Origin: Geosiphon pyriformis uo1
Taxonomy: Eukaryota > Fungi > Glomeromycota
Direction of reading: 5' to 3'
Assembly (NCBI GenBank): GCA_016748015.1
Contig: JAAOMT010000710.1
Span: 649,372 to 713,371 of the forward strand
Length of the DNA: 64,000 bases
Position 1 is the stretch's first letter, and every line of letters starts with the position of its first letter. Positions 12,598-23,866 of the stretch are shown one piece after another. The position numbers and the translations under genes were made by a program. The notes under the pieces are model-generated. The model ran no database searches and was not told the origin of the DNA. It worked only from the letters and a program-made list of their open reading frames with translations.

Positions 12598-12978
12598 CCT
12601 TGGAAGAATAATCCTTGATCAAGATTATTCACGTTGTTACTAATTGATAAAAGCTTTATTGTGAGAATTAGAAAAGCGCTAAAGACCATTAACATTCTGT
12701 GTTTCTAGATTAGAGAAACACATCAGGCAATTGCAAGGATAGCTTCAGAGAAGACCCCAAACAGTGGGTAGATTTCAGTTCAGCTTCTGAGAAGGAGTAC
12801 ATAAACACACACAACAATCAAGAATTAAAGAATAACTTACATTGCAACAGTAAAAAGAAAGCCTTCAGTGTAACAGTAACACTATCACACAAATAGAATT
12901 GAGGAACTCATGAAAGACTGATTGCAATTAAAGCGGGATATTAGCAATTAAATATAACAAGAAAACCATCCCGTAACA
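12598..12978 (+). repeat. 3' LTR of element C (visible 3' part)
   Basis: Matches the 5' LTR and ends GTAACA followed by the TSD CTGC. Confidence 0.92.
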
Positions 12979-12982
12979 CTGC

Positions 12983-15257
12983 CTTACAACTTAAATACTT
13001 CAACAACAACAGACAAGGAATAAAACCTGAAAAAGCACACGAAATTGATGCTGGATATGACTTAAGATATCCAGGCAAGGATACTCTTGTTCTCAAACCC
13101 AAATCTCTCACAAAAATCAACCTCAAAATTGCACTCGAAATCCCGCCAAGAGCAATGGTTCAAATCGCCTCTCGGTCCTCTCTGGCAAGCAAAAAAATCA
13201 ATGTTAGAAGAGGAATAATCAATGCTGGATATACTGGAGACATAACAGTAATGCTTCAAAATGAGACTGACAAACCATTCAAGATCGAACATGCTGAAAA
13301 AATTGCCCAAGCTATTTACCTACCCTTAATCAACATTTCGGGTTTGCAACTAGTCAATCAAAGAGAACAATTAGGAAAAAGTGATAGAGAAATCCAAGGT
13401 TTTGGTTCAACTGGACAATTCACAGTTCCAGTTAATATAGCTCTTAACACACAGAATGAATTCTACCAAATTCTCAGACTTCCACAATCGATTACCATCT
13501 CACCCTTTGGAGAACATCCGGAAATTTACACTTGCACAAAGCCAACAACCACACAACAAATTTTTGAGTCCAATGAACAAGTCTGCTTGGAACATAATAT
13601 TTCGATCCCAAACATTTATATTCCAGAAGGAACAAAGAAAGTCCGAGTTACTTTTTACAACCCCAATAATTACCCCATAATTTTATTAAATAATTTAGAA
13701 ATTGGAGTTATTCACAGTAATATATTTCAACAAGAATTACCCCAAACAGTCCCCAATTTCCCTGAAATTATTGGACATTCACTACCGAAAATCAACCCAA
13801 ACCCTAACTCTGAAAACTACCATGTTGTTATGGAAAAACTATCTTGAATCAACATGGGACAACTTGAACTACAACAACAGACCCAGCTCAAAGAACTAAT
13901 TGCAGAATTTGCTAATATTTTCGCTGAAAACAACAATGACTTAGGAAGAACTGATTTGGTTCAACACCAAATTTATACAGGAGATGTCAAACCCAGGCAA
14001 CAACAAGCCTACCGAGTTGCTCCAGAAAGTCACCAATTTATCTGAGAAGAAGTACAACAAATGCTTAACAATGGGCTTATTCAATCATCAATGAGCCCAT
14101 GGGCCTCATCTGTGGTTCTAGTTAAAAAGAAAAATGGAAAGATACGATTTTGTATTGATTACCAACAACTTAACAGTGTTACCATTGGGGATGCCTATCC
14201 TCTTCCCCGAATTGATGACATGTTGGATGCCCTTGGGAAGTCCAAATACTTTTCAACATTAGATTTAGAGAGTGGATACTGGCAAGTTGCTATGGATCCC
14301 AAAGACCACCCCAAAACAGCATTTACCACTCAAGGAGGAAATTACGAGTTCAATGTAATGCCTTTCAGATTATGCAATGCACCAGCAACATTCCAAAGAC
14401 TCATGGATGTTGTTTACAAAGGCTTCTTTTAAAAATCAGTAGTAGTTTATCTTGATGACACTGATGTTTATTCACCATTTTTTGAGCTACATTTAATTCA
14501 CCTGTGAGAAGTTTTTCAACGATTACAGAAAGCAGGATTAAAACTGAACATTGAAAAATGCTACTTCGAAAAAACAAGTTTAGCTTTTCTTGGTCACATT
14601 GTTAGCAAAAATGGAATTAAACCAGACTCCAGAAAAATCAGTACTGTTAAAAACTTCAAAACTCCATGAAATACCACAGAATTAAGAGGATTTATTGGAT
14701 TAGCATCCTATTACCGAAAATTCATCAAAGGATTCTCAGAAATTGCAAAACCCCTCAACCAGCTCACTACGAAAAATATCAAATACAAATAGACAAAAGA
14801 ACACCAAAATGCTTTCGAGATACTTAAGGAAAAACTCACAACAGCTTCAATCCTGGCCTACCCAAATTTCAGCAACTGATTCCGGTTAGCAACTGATGCC
14901 TCTTATACTGCCTTTGGTGCCATCCTATCACAATTAGATGACAATGGAAATGAGCGAGTAATTGCTTATGCTAGTAGAACTTTAAAGCCAGCCAAAAAGA
15001 ACTACTTCACAACAGAATTAGAAACTGCAGCAGTAATCTGGGCCCTACATCACTTCAACCTTTACTTCAGACCCAAAGAATTCGATATTATCACTGATAA
15101 TATTGGACTTAAATGGCTTCAAAACAAAAACACCCAGCTGAACGCAAAACAAACCCAATGGACAGGATTTTTAGCTAATTACCGATACATTGTACACCAC
15201 AAACCAAGAAAACTCCACACCAACGTTGATTGTCTCTCAAGGATGAGGCAAGATTAG
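12983..15257 (+). pseudogene. Element A pol part 2: dUTPase, linker, RT, RNase H
   Basis: Motifs: DAGYDL, ASRSSLA, GIINAGYTG, KIAQAIY, GFGSTG; FCIDY, LDLESGYWQV, YLDD (14448-14459), ATDAS, ending NVDCLSRMRQD*. One frame throughout. Confidence 0.94.
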
Positions 15258-15305
15258 AAACAAAACCAACACCCAATTGAATTAACAGCATCAAAACAAC
15301 AAACA

Positions 15306-16691
15306 ATGAACCCCAAAAACTACAACAATCTCAAACAATATTTGGAGACATTAACAATCTCAACAGATTGGTCCCCAGACAAAAAACATCAGTTACAACA
15401 ACAAGCCAAACAATATTTTCTACACAACAACATTATCTATTATCGAAATTTCAAAAACCCAACCAAACCACTCAGATTAATACAAGAACAGGAAAAAGAG
15501 ACCATTTTATATAACATGCACTCGGATCCTTCATCAGCACATTTCGGAAAAGATAGCACCACCCAAAGAACACTAGAATACTACTTTTGGCCTCGAATGA
15601 GAAAAAACATTCACGAATATGTCGAATCTTGTGATAGTTGTCAAAGAAGAAGAGGAACTTGCCCTACAGAATCTTTAAATCCAATCAAAGTTGGACAGCC
15701 TTTTGACAGAGTTGGTATCGATTTAGTCGGACCACTATCTATCACCACTCAAGGAAACCATTATATTGCAGTAGCTGTAAACTATCTTACTAAATGGCCT
15801 GAAGCCAGAGCCATTCAATGAGCAGATGCAAAATCAGTAGCAAATTTTATCTATGAAGACATCATTTGTAGACATGGATGTCCAATTGAACTTTTATCCG
15901 ATCAGGGAACACACTTTGTGAACAACCTGATACAAGAAATTTGTGAACAATTCAATGTCAAAAGACCTCTGTCTTCGCCTTACCATCCACAAACAAACAG
16001 ACTTGTGGAACGTTTTAACAGAACATTGTGTGAGTCATTAGCCAAAGTCTCAACCGATTTTGAGCAAGAATGAGATCTCTTTATTCCATCAGTGTTACTA
16101 GCATATAGGACATTAAAACAAGATACCACGAAACACACACCATTTGATTTAACTTATGGAAGGACGGCAACGTTACCAATTAGTTTCACAGTGGAAACAT
16201 ACCCAGCACAACTGATCGATGAAAACAATTTCTAAAAAACGCTTCAGCAAAGAGCCTATACTCTGCTTAGTACATTGGAAGGAAAACAACAAATAGCAGC
16301 CACCCATATTGAACACTCCCAAGCTCAACAAAAAGAATGGCATGATAACAAATTACCTTCAGTTATCAATAAATTCAAAATTAGAAACAAAGTTTTCTTA
16401 CACAGAACTAAAGCTGAAAAACAATGGAGTGGAAAATTTGAAAATAAATGGAATAAATCATTCTTTATCCATGAAGTCCTAGGCAATGGATCATACAAGC
16501 TAAGACTTGATGACAAAATCCTAGCAAAAGTTGTACATGAAGATCGTTTGAAACACTATCATTCCAGAAGCAATCCTGAACCATTAATTCCACAAATTGG
16601 TACACATTCTCCTTTGGTCAGTCCCGAAGATATTCCCTGAAACTTAGAACCAATAGTTGTCATTGAACAACCTTCCAACCTGAATACTTAA
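15306..16691 (+). pseudogene. Element A integrase (own ATG; HHCC, DDE core, GPY/F-type C-terminus, no chromodomain)
   Basis: MNPKNY...MHSDPSSAHFG...CDSCQRR, GIDLVGPL, SDQGTHF, YHPQTN.LVERFNRTL. The C-terminus ...LEPIVVIEQPSNLNT* matches element E, so TGA at 16638 is probably a decay stop. Confidence 0.92.
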
Positions 16692-16808
16692 TTTAATTTT
16701 ACTAGTCATTCTCTTATAATTTAAAAACAATCTCACAAAAACAAAAACAAAAATAACATAAAAAACCCATACACCAAAAATAATTTTTATTTTTTTCAAT
16801 TGCTTATA

Positions 16809-17566
16809 ATGACTATTCCTCAAAACATTCAACAATTATCCCAAAAACTAATATTAGCTTTAAAAACAATACCCGAATTATCTATTACTGTTACTGGAAA
16901 CCACATTAATTATACCCAAACAGAAGTAGTTACAAATTTAGCCCCAAACTCACGANNNNNNNNNNNNNNNNNNNNNNNNNNNNNNNNNNNNNNNNNNNNN
17001 NNNNNNNNNNNNNNNNNNNNNNNNNNNNNNNNNNNNNNNNNNNNNNNNNNNNNNNNNNNNNNNNNNNNNNNNNNNNNNNNNNNNNNNNNNNNNNNNNNNN
17101 NNNNNNNNNNNNNNNNNNNNNNNNNNNNNNNNNNNNNNNNNNNNNNNNNNNNNNNNNNNNNNNNNNNNNNNNNNNNNNNNNNNNNNNNNNNNNNNNNNNN
17201 NNNNNNNNNNNNNNNNNNNNNNNNNNNNNNNNNNNNNNNNNNNNNNNNNNNNNNNNNNNNNNNNNNNNNNNNNNNNNNNNNNNNNNNNNNNNNTCAACAA
17301 ACAGTCGCTACAGGCTTAGAGCTGCTCTTAGACTTTATGACTTATTCCACACCTGTAAAAACGTACTACAAAACCCAATTTTTCAATCTTTGAAGATTCA
17401 ATACATTAGAAAGCTCACAGAACTGAAATTTCAACAATTTTCAGACCAAATTTCTTCAATAATTTTGGATTATTATCTGGAAATAACAGACAGTACTTGG
17501 ACTTCGATGGAGCTCAGTCTTGAGGAGGAGGTTATGTTACCAGACAAAATTAGAGATATTATTTAA
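16809..17566 (+). CDS. Extra 3' ORF of element A, unknown function (interrupted by assembly gap)
   Basis: MTIPQNIQQLSQKLILALKT...; after the gap RYRLRAALRLYDLFHTCKNVLQNPIFQSLKIQYIRKLTELKFQQF...SLEEEVMLPDKIRDII*. Homologous to 57404-56690 (-) and about 24100-24560 (+). Confidence 0.8.
17522..17531 (+). promoter_or_regulatory. Polypurine tract of A (GAGGAGGAGG)
   Basis: Purine run 3 nt upstream of the 3' LTR TG. Confidence 0.85.
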
Positions 17567-18518
17567 CATAAAATTATCTTATAATTCCTATCATTAATTA
17601 GCATATATTATCGTTCCAAATGATCACTTATTACATTAGCAAAAAAAATGTCCGAAATTATCATTTAATTAATAACTCAAATTGTACACAACACAAATAT
17701 AACCTAATTGTGATAATCAATCATGCAATACCCTGAACTATGTAACATTCAGAAGTTTGCCGAAATTTGTTGAAATTCGCTAAAATAATTGATAGTTCAC
17801 CGAAATATCTAATAGTTCGCTGAAATAACTTGTAGTTCGCCAAAATGTATCTTTAGTTCAGCAAAATTGTAGAAAATAGCAAAGTTCAAGTTCATAGAAT
17901 AGTGTTACAACAAGTTGTATAAAAGAAAAGCTTCTCTCTTTGAGAAAATGTATCTTACTTTAGATTTATTACTTAAAACCATTTCTACACACACAAAAAG
18001 AAATAAATACCAAATAATTTGAAAAACCAAATTCTTTAATTATTGCCCTTGGAAAATCCCCAAAACTCAACTAACATTTCGAAATTGATTAGCTACCAAT
18101 TTCAGTAAAACTGTTAGTGACTCCAGACCTGGATAGAAAAACGTTTTCCTTGATAAGATCCTATTTCTTTTACACTTCTTTTATTTTTTCTTTCTTTTCT
18201 TATTACAATTATTAGAGTAGCCTACAGACGAGATTCCTGTAGAAGAGTTGACTTTTACAGCAAAGTAACTACACATTTTTAGTGAGCTTCCAGACGAGCA
18301 ATTCCTGGGAAAGAGTTGACGTTTATTACAACGTAACTACATAAAGCAACTGGCACAGAATTGGCCATTCCACTTATAAGCCCAGCAGTTCAAATTATAG
18401 AAGATAATTTGAAGATAAATTCAGTTACTGGAGGTTCAACCACATCCAGAAAACGTGAATTCACAGCAAATAAGTATCAACAACATTACAGAAAAGAGAC
18501 CAAAAACCTCTGGTAACA
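17535..18518 (+). repeat. 3' LTR of element A (984 bp)
   Basis: Direct repeat of 765-1728 with one extra 20-bp unit at about 17801-17820. Confidence 0.96.
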
Positions 18519-21500
18519 ACATCTACTTTACCTGTCAATCCGAATCTCTATATTCTTCTTGCTGTTATTCCTAATTCCTCTCTCTTTCTCACTAATACTA
18601 ACTGAGCTACTCTAACCAGAAGCAAGAATATTGCCTGTGCTATTTTTTCATTGGGCTCTATTATATAGATCTTTTCTGAGTCATTTTGTAGCATAGCAAT
18701 GATATTTTCTATATATCCCATGTCAATTATTCCTCCTTTTATATTAATCCCTCTTTTTGCTAAACTATTTCTAGATGCTAATTGAACCATTGTTGTTGCT
18801 GGAATTTCTAGTGCTATTTTCAAATCAATGCAGGTGCATGAATGTGGCTCCAATTTGATGACATCTTTTTCTGAATACCTCAGATCAAACCCAGCATCAG
18901 TATTATGTGCACATTCTGGCCTAATATCTTCATTATTATCACTAAACCATTTAAGTTTCTGTTCCTTGGTAAGGTCAGGAAATGCAATATATTGTTCATA
19001 GTTTGGATCAGAGTTTAAATCTGAGTTGGAATTGTTGTTATTGTTCTCATTATATTAGATAGAGCTGGAACCAATGTTTTCATTGTCATCGTTATCGGAG
19101 TTTGAATTGGAATTAAAAATCAATTCCGATTCTGATGCACAGCTGCTGATTGGTTCCTTTTCCTTTGGAATCATGTAGATCATGCATGTTAATGAATTGT
19201 AGATAAGGTCACACTCATTACAATACTGAAAGTCATATAGGATTAAGCAATATTAACATAATCGAGTGTTTAACTGCTTTAAATGTTGCTCTTGTTCTTC
19301 CCTAGTAAGTGCCAAATGCTGGTAATGTTCATGAAATTCTTCGAGGTTGTCCTCAATATTACCAAAGACATCAAAAGTTTGAACATATTCGGGTTCAGGA
19401 AGAGATAGAGGATTATTTTTAATCTCTAGTAGTTCACTGGTTGTCACATCTTCTGCTTTTGCATACACCATTCTCCATAGTTTATCTTCGTCATGAGGAT
19501 ATTCTTCCAATTGTCACAACACTCGTTTCCAGGTGTCGTCAATTGGTGTTCCTTTGCTTACCCAATCATTTATTAGTATGGTGTACTAACATGTCTCATT
19601 GCACATTCCTCCATGCCCAGGAATGTCATTCCACATTCCTTCATTTGATAGAATAGTTCTACATGTGAGACATGGTTGGTTATCTTACTTTTCTTGTTGT
19701 TTTGGTTGTCCAAAACGCTCTATGACGCATGGGTGGCAGTAAAATCTTGTGGCTGTGGAGTATTCCTCGTCATTGCCACAGCATGCACCCATTGACAACA
19801 ATTTTTTACCACAATTAATGCATTCCAATTTTGGTTGACAATAATTGGTTGGTGGTGATGAGGTGTATGTGTCTAAACTATAAGTGCTGCTGGTAAGAGT
19901 AGTTCCTTCTTCTTTTTCTTTTCTCTTTCCCTTATCAGTTTTTTCTCATTTCCAGTTGGCTAGTTTGTTTTAGTTATTATCAGTTTCCCAGTTTTGGTCG
20001 GTTTTCCAAGTAAGTTTTTTGTTTTTCTTCTCTTTTCCCTTATCGTCCTAAGAAAGTATTGGTGGTAGCTTGTTGTGGTTTTTGTCAGCCCATGAGACTT
20101 GGTAGGCTTTTCAGGTCAGTTTTCTTAAACTCGATAAGTGGTTGGGTGTTGCTTGGCTTAAAGTGGCCACAAGTGGCTGGTGTTCAAGTATGCTGACCAC
20201 CAAAGGTTAATTGTAGTTTTTGGGTGGTCCAATCAAGAGTAGCATGAGTTTTTGACAACCAATTGTTGCTCACCAGAGCCTGGTATTGTGTGACTTCCAT
20301 TACAAAGACTTTGACAGGTACCATGATGCCATTAATTTCAATAGGTAGGTTGTCTATTTTGCCTATTGGAGTTTTGATTGCTCCATTAGCTGTAATGATC
20401 CTTGCACTGGCAGCTCGGTCAACTCGGTGACCTAATTGATTCATGAGTTGTCTTGTTATGATGCTGCCAGCTAATCCACTATTCAAGATCAGTTTGATGG
20501 TATGGCCATCGATTTTGACATCCGTATACATGGCAGTAATTGGCTTCTCTTCCAGAGCTGCTCCACTAAATAACAGAATTTTGATTGTTTCTTCCAAGTC
20601 AAAGGGAAAGATGGCTGCAAGCAATTTGTCATTGGTGACAGTTGCTGGTGGAATGTTGTTGGTAAGTGTTTGTTGTTGGTTGGATCCCGAGTTGTTGGTG
20701 GTGGCATCTTCTGGGATAACCAGTAGACTTAAATAGTTCTGGGAATTTGGGTTTTGGGTGGCACTAGTACTCGAATTCCGAGAACGTGATTCTGATAGTA
20801 AGTTGGAAGAACTGGGGATCAGTTGGTGAACAACCATCACCGATTTCCAGTTTTGTGTGATTCTAGGTCTGGAGTGGCCTAATGTCATATTAACTGAATT
20901 TTGGGGCAGTGTCTAAATTGATTGGAGTTGATAGATTACTTGTGGCTGCGGTTGATATATTATGAGTGGCTGCAGTTGATATATCACTGGTGGCTGCGGT
21001 TAATAAACTGGAGTCTGATATACTGGTGCTTGGTAAATTGGCTGTTGTGTCATTAGCAGGTAAGTGTTTTGATATTGTTCCTGATTTTGTTGATATCTTG
21101 GAGTTTGAAATTGGTGATCGGGGTTTCTATATTAATTTCCTGATTGCTGGTGGTTATAAGTGTTGCAGTTTGCTCTGATGTGCTCTTGTTTACCACAGTT
21201 GTGGCAAACATGCTTTTCTGGCTGCCACTGCTGATTGGCCGTTGTTGAGGTGGTTGATAAATTGCATGATTGTCAGCTAAGTATCCTTCTAATTTCTGAT
21301 TAATTGAATCACTGAATTGTTTCAATTTGGAGTCCAATTTAGATGATCTGTTCATTACTAAATTAACGGCTTGAGTGTGGTTGGCCTCAAACTCAGCTAA
21401 TTTGAAATCTCTGGCACATGTGACTGCATCTTGAAGAGTGCCTGGATGCAATGAGCATACATGTTGCAAAATGCTACTGCACAGGCCATGAATAAACTGG

Positions 21501-22876
21501 TTGAGGATCTGTAGTGCTGTAAAATAGTTGGCGTCAATTGCCTGGATCTAGTGCAGATTTCTATGGAAGTGTTTCAGGTAAGTAATGACTGCTTCAGTTT
21601 CTCCTTGCTTTATAGTAGTGAATGTATTGACTAGGTAATTGATACTGTTATTGTTGCTAAAGTATCTTAAAAATTCCACTTTGAAGGCATTAAAGTCTTG
21701 TGGTTTATTGATCAAGCTCTGATACCATAAATCAGCAGTATCTTTGAGAAAATAGGGAATGGCTTGCATTGCTCGGGCATTATTCTATCTGTTGGTTGTG
21801 ATGGCTTTTTTCACATCGTTCAGCCATACTTGAGCATTGTTTTCTTCGCTGGTGAAATTATCCAGTTTCGCGATTGGTGCATAGGCCATTGGATCTAAGT
21901 TGGGTGGTTGTGGTGGCTGTTGAAGTGGTTGTTGATTTTGTTGAGGTAGTAGTTGAAGTGGCTGCTGTATAGATTCGGCTATTGAATCAATTGGTGGTTA
22001 ATTGATAATGATTACCAGAGGTAAGTTTGATTGATTAATTAGATTGGGGTTTTGATTATTCTGAGTTGGCAGTGTCTGAATATTCGGAGTTTCAACTTCT
22101 GAATTTACTGAATTTAAATTTTGCTGGTTCCGAAGATTCAGGGTTTCAAATTCTGGGTTTTCAGTGATTGGGTTCTGATAAGTAAATTCTTGATCTTCAG
22201 TTTCTTTTTTTTCCTCTTCTTCTGATTTTGTTACCTCCCACAGATCAGAGATTCCAAAATCTGGTAGAGGTGGTAGTGATCAAATTCCTGATGGCATTGG
22301 TAATCATGATTTAAATCCCTTGAAATATTCTTCATATGGTCCTAATAACTCCACTTTTCTTTGTTTACTTTGGAATGTGAATTGTCCAAATATTGATGTC
22401 ACATTTGGTGTGGATATGCCTGCAGATAAAATATTGATAGTGCTTCCAGGTGTGTAATGATATGATGGATATGATGGGGATTCAATTCTTTGTTTCTTCC
22501 AAGTTGGTAGTTGTATCTCTTTAGGTGTTACTGCTGGTGTTTGTAACTTTCTTTTGCTTTTATCTACGTAGGTAATAGGAAATTGTTGTTGAGTGTACCT
22601 TTCAATAGTTTGGTTGATTTCTCTGATTATTGGTGTGAAACTATAGTTCTTTGGTAAGTTGGTGTGTTGAAATAATTCTGTGTAAAAGTTTTCTCTTGCT
22701 GCTTTAATGTTAACTGTTCCTCCTAAGCATTCAGTAATTTTGTTGTTGATGTAGAAGTTAAAGGCTGATTCGGCTGGATAATGATTACTGTTTAATCCTA
22801 ATTGTTGGCTGTATTGTTAAAACAAAAATTTCGCGAATCCTAAATGGTTTGCTTCTATATTTTTTGATTCTGCCAC
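18519..22876 (-). pseudogene. Element B gag-pol part 1 (Gag, CCHC, protease, Cys-rich domain, dUTPase)
   Basis: Motifs: MAYAPIAKLDNF, AIPYFLKDTA, CHNCGKQEHIRANC, LILNSGLAGS (decayed DSG), YPHD, DAGFDL, ASRNSLA, GGIIDMGY, KIAQAIF. Confidence 0.92.
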
Positions 22877-22918
22877 TTTTGGTTTGTTTTTGTTGGTGCT
22901 AGTTCTTTGTAGAATTAT

Positions 22919-22936
22919 ACCTCACAGGGAGCACCA
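22919..22936 (-). promoter_or_regulatory. Primer binding site of B (TGGTGCTCCCTGTGAGG; elongator Met- or Ile-like)
   Basis: Two nt after the LTR end on the minus strand; the complement is CCTCACAGGGAGCACCA. Confidence 0.82.
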
Positions 22937-22938
22937 AA

Positions 22939-23866
22939 TGTTACAGATGAGTCTTTGGGGTGTTGAGTGAATAACAAATCTGTAACTTAGTGCACAAAGC
23001 AATTAGTGACAATGATAATCTGAAGGTATTTTATCTAAAAATTTTCCAATCAAGTTTTTTGTATAATAGACAGAGATTCAATGATAACAGTTTATCAGTA
23101 GTTTCCTGAAACCGTAGTTTCATTGATTGCTTGCTCAGTTTGATGGTTGATGATTCTTCTGATATGATATCCTTTATAAGTGTATACTAGTGCTGTTTCC
23201 TGACATCAATTCCTCTGTAAGTCCTCCAAGAGTAAGTATTGTTTAAACAAGTTTATTCCTCCGTAAGTCCTCCAAGAGTAAATCTTTTAATCAAGTTAGT
23301 AGACAACAAAGAAAATAAAGAAAGATAAAAAATAAAAAATAAAAAATCAGCCAAGGTGATTTGCAAGTTAGTATCCCGTCAATAGTCATGATCAAGAGTT
23401 ATTGTTCCAGTATGGTTAAGTATCAATTACTATCAACATGAAGTGTTGATAATGAAGAATGAATTTGATAGAATAAATAATTATTTATTTGAGAATTGTG
23501 GTAACTAAGCTAAGAATTCTTAATGTTTTTTTTCTTTTTTTTTTCTGCTTCTACTGCTACTGCTATATATACATATTTGAGATTCCTTAATTCCTCAATT
23601 CCTTGTGACAGAAATCCTGGAATTTCTGGAATCTTACAATTTCTGATAAAAAAAATCCTGGAATTCCTGGAATCCTGCGATTCCTGATGAGAGGAATCTT
23701 GAAATTCTGGAATCCTGCAATTCCTTGTCAGAGAATCTTGAAATTTCTGGAATCCTGCAATTTCTCTGAAAGGAATCTTGGAATTCCATATTTTACTATG
23801 TCTACCTTTAATTGGCTAATATCTACTGACTAATAATACTATATTTCCTATATTCTATGAGTAACA
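22939..23866 (-). repeat. 5' LTR of element B (928 bp)
   Basis: TGTTAC...GTAACA termini adjacent to the PBS. Contains about five ~39-bp GGAATCCTG-rich units (23600-23790) and a 27-bp direct repeat (23209-23235 / 23255-23281). Confidence 0.88.

Larger units (their letters stand above)
5118..12978 (+). mobile_element. Ty3/Gypsy LTR retrotransposon C nested in A
   Basis: Starts TGTTACAG and ends CCGTAACA. Perfect TSD CTGC at 5114-5117 and 12979-12982. LTR match 5604-5695 = 12599-12690. Removing it restores ENQPALQLKYF in A. Confidence 0.95.
765..18518 (+). mobile_element. Ty3/Gypsy LTR retrotransposon A (full length, decayed, contains element C)
   Basis: Two TG...CA LTRs (765-1728, 17535-18518), PBS at 1731, PPT at 17522-17531, TSD ATAT (761-764)/ACAT (18519-18522), domain order gag-PR-dUTPase-RT-RNaseH-IN. 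Confidence 0.96.
1..23866 (-). mobile_element. Ty3/Gypsy element B (5' LTR to RT; split by A; 3' part lies left of the window)
   Basis: 5' LTR 22939-23866, PBS 22921-22936, gag-PR-Cys-dUTPase 22876-18519, resuming at 764-1. Confidence 0.92.

Noticed and set aside
16400-16691. Chromodomain at the integrase C-terminus
   Set aside because: Only a GPY/F-type region and a short EPIVVIE tail; no Y.VKW.G-type motif.
16809-17566. env gene call for the 3' ORF
   Set aside because: Short, with no visible signal peptide, furin site or transmembrane helix in the gap-free E copy.
23600-23790. CRISPR-like periodic repeats
   Set aside because: No unique spacers, no cas genes, eukaryotic context; they are tandem units inside an LTR.
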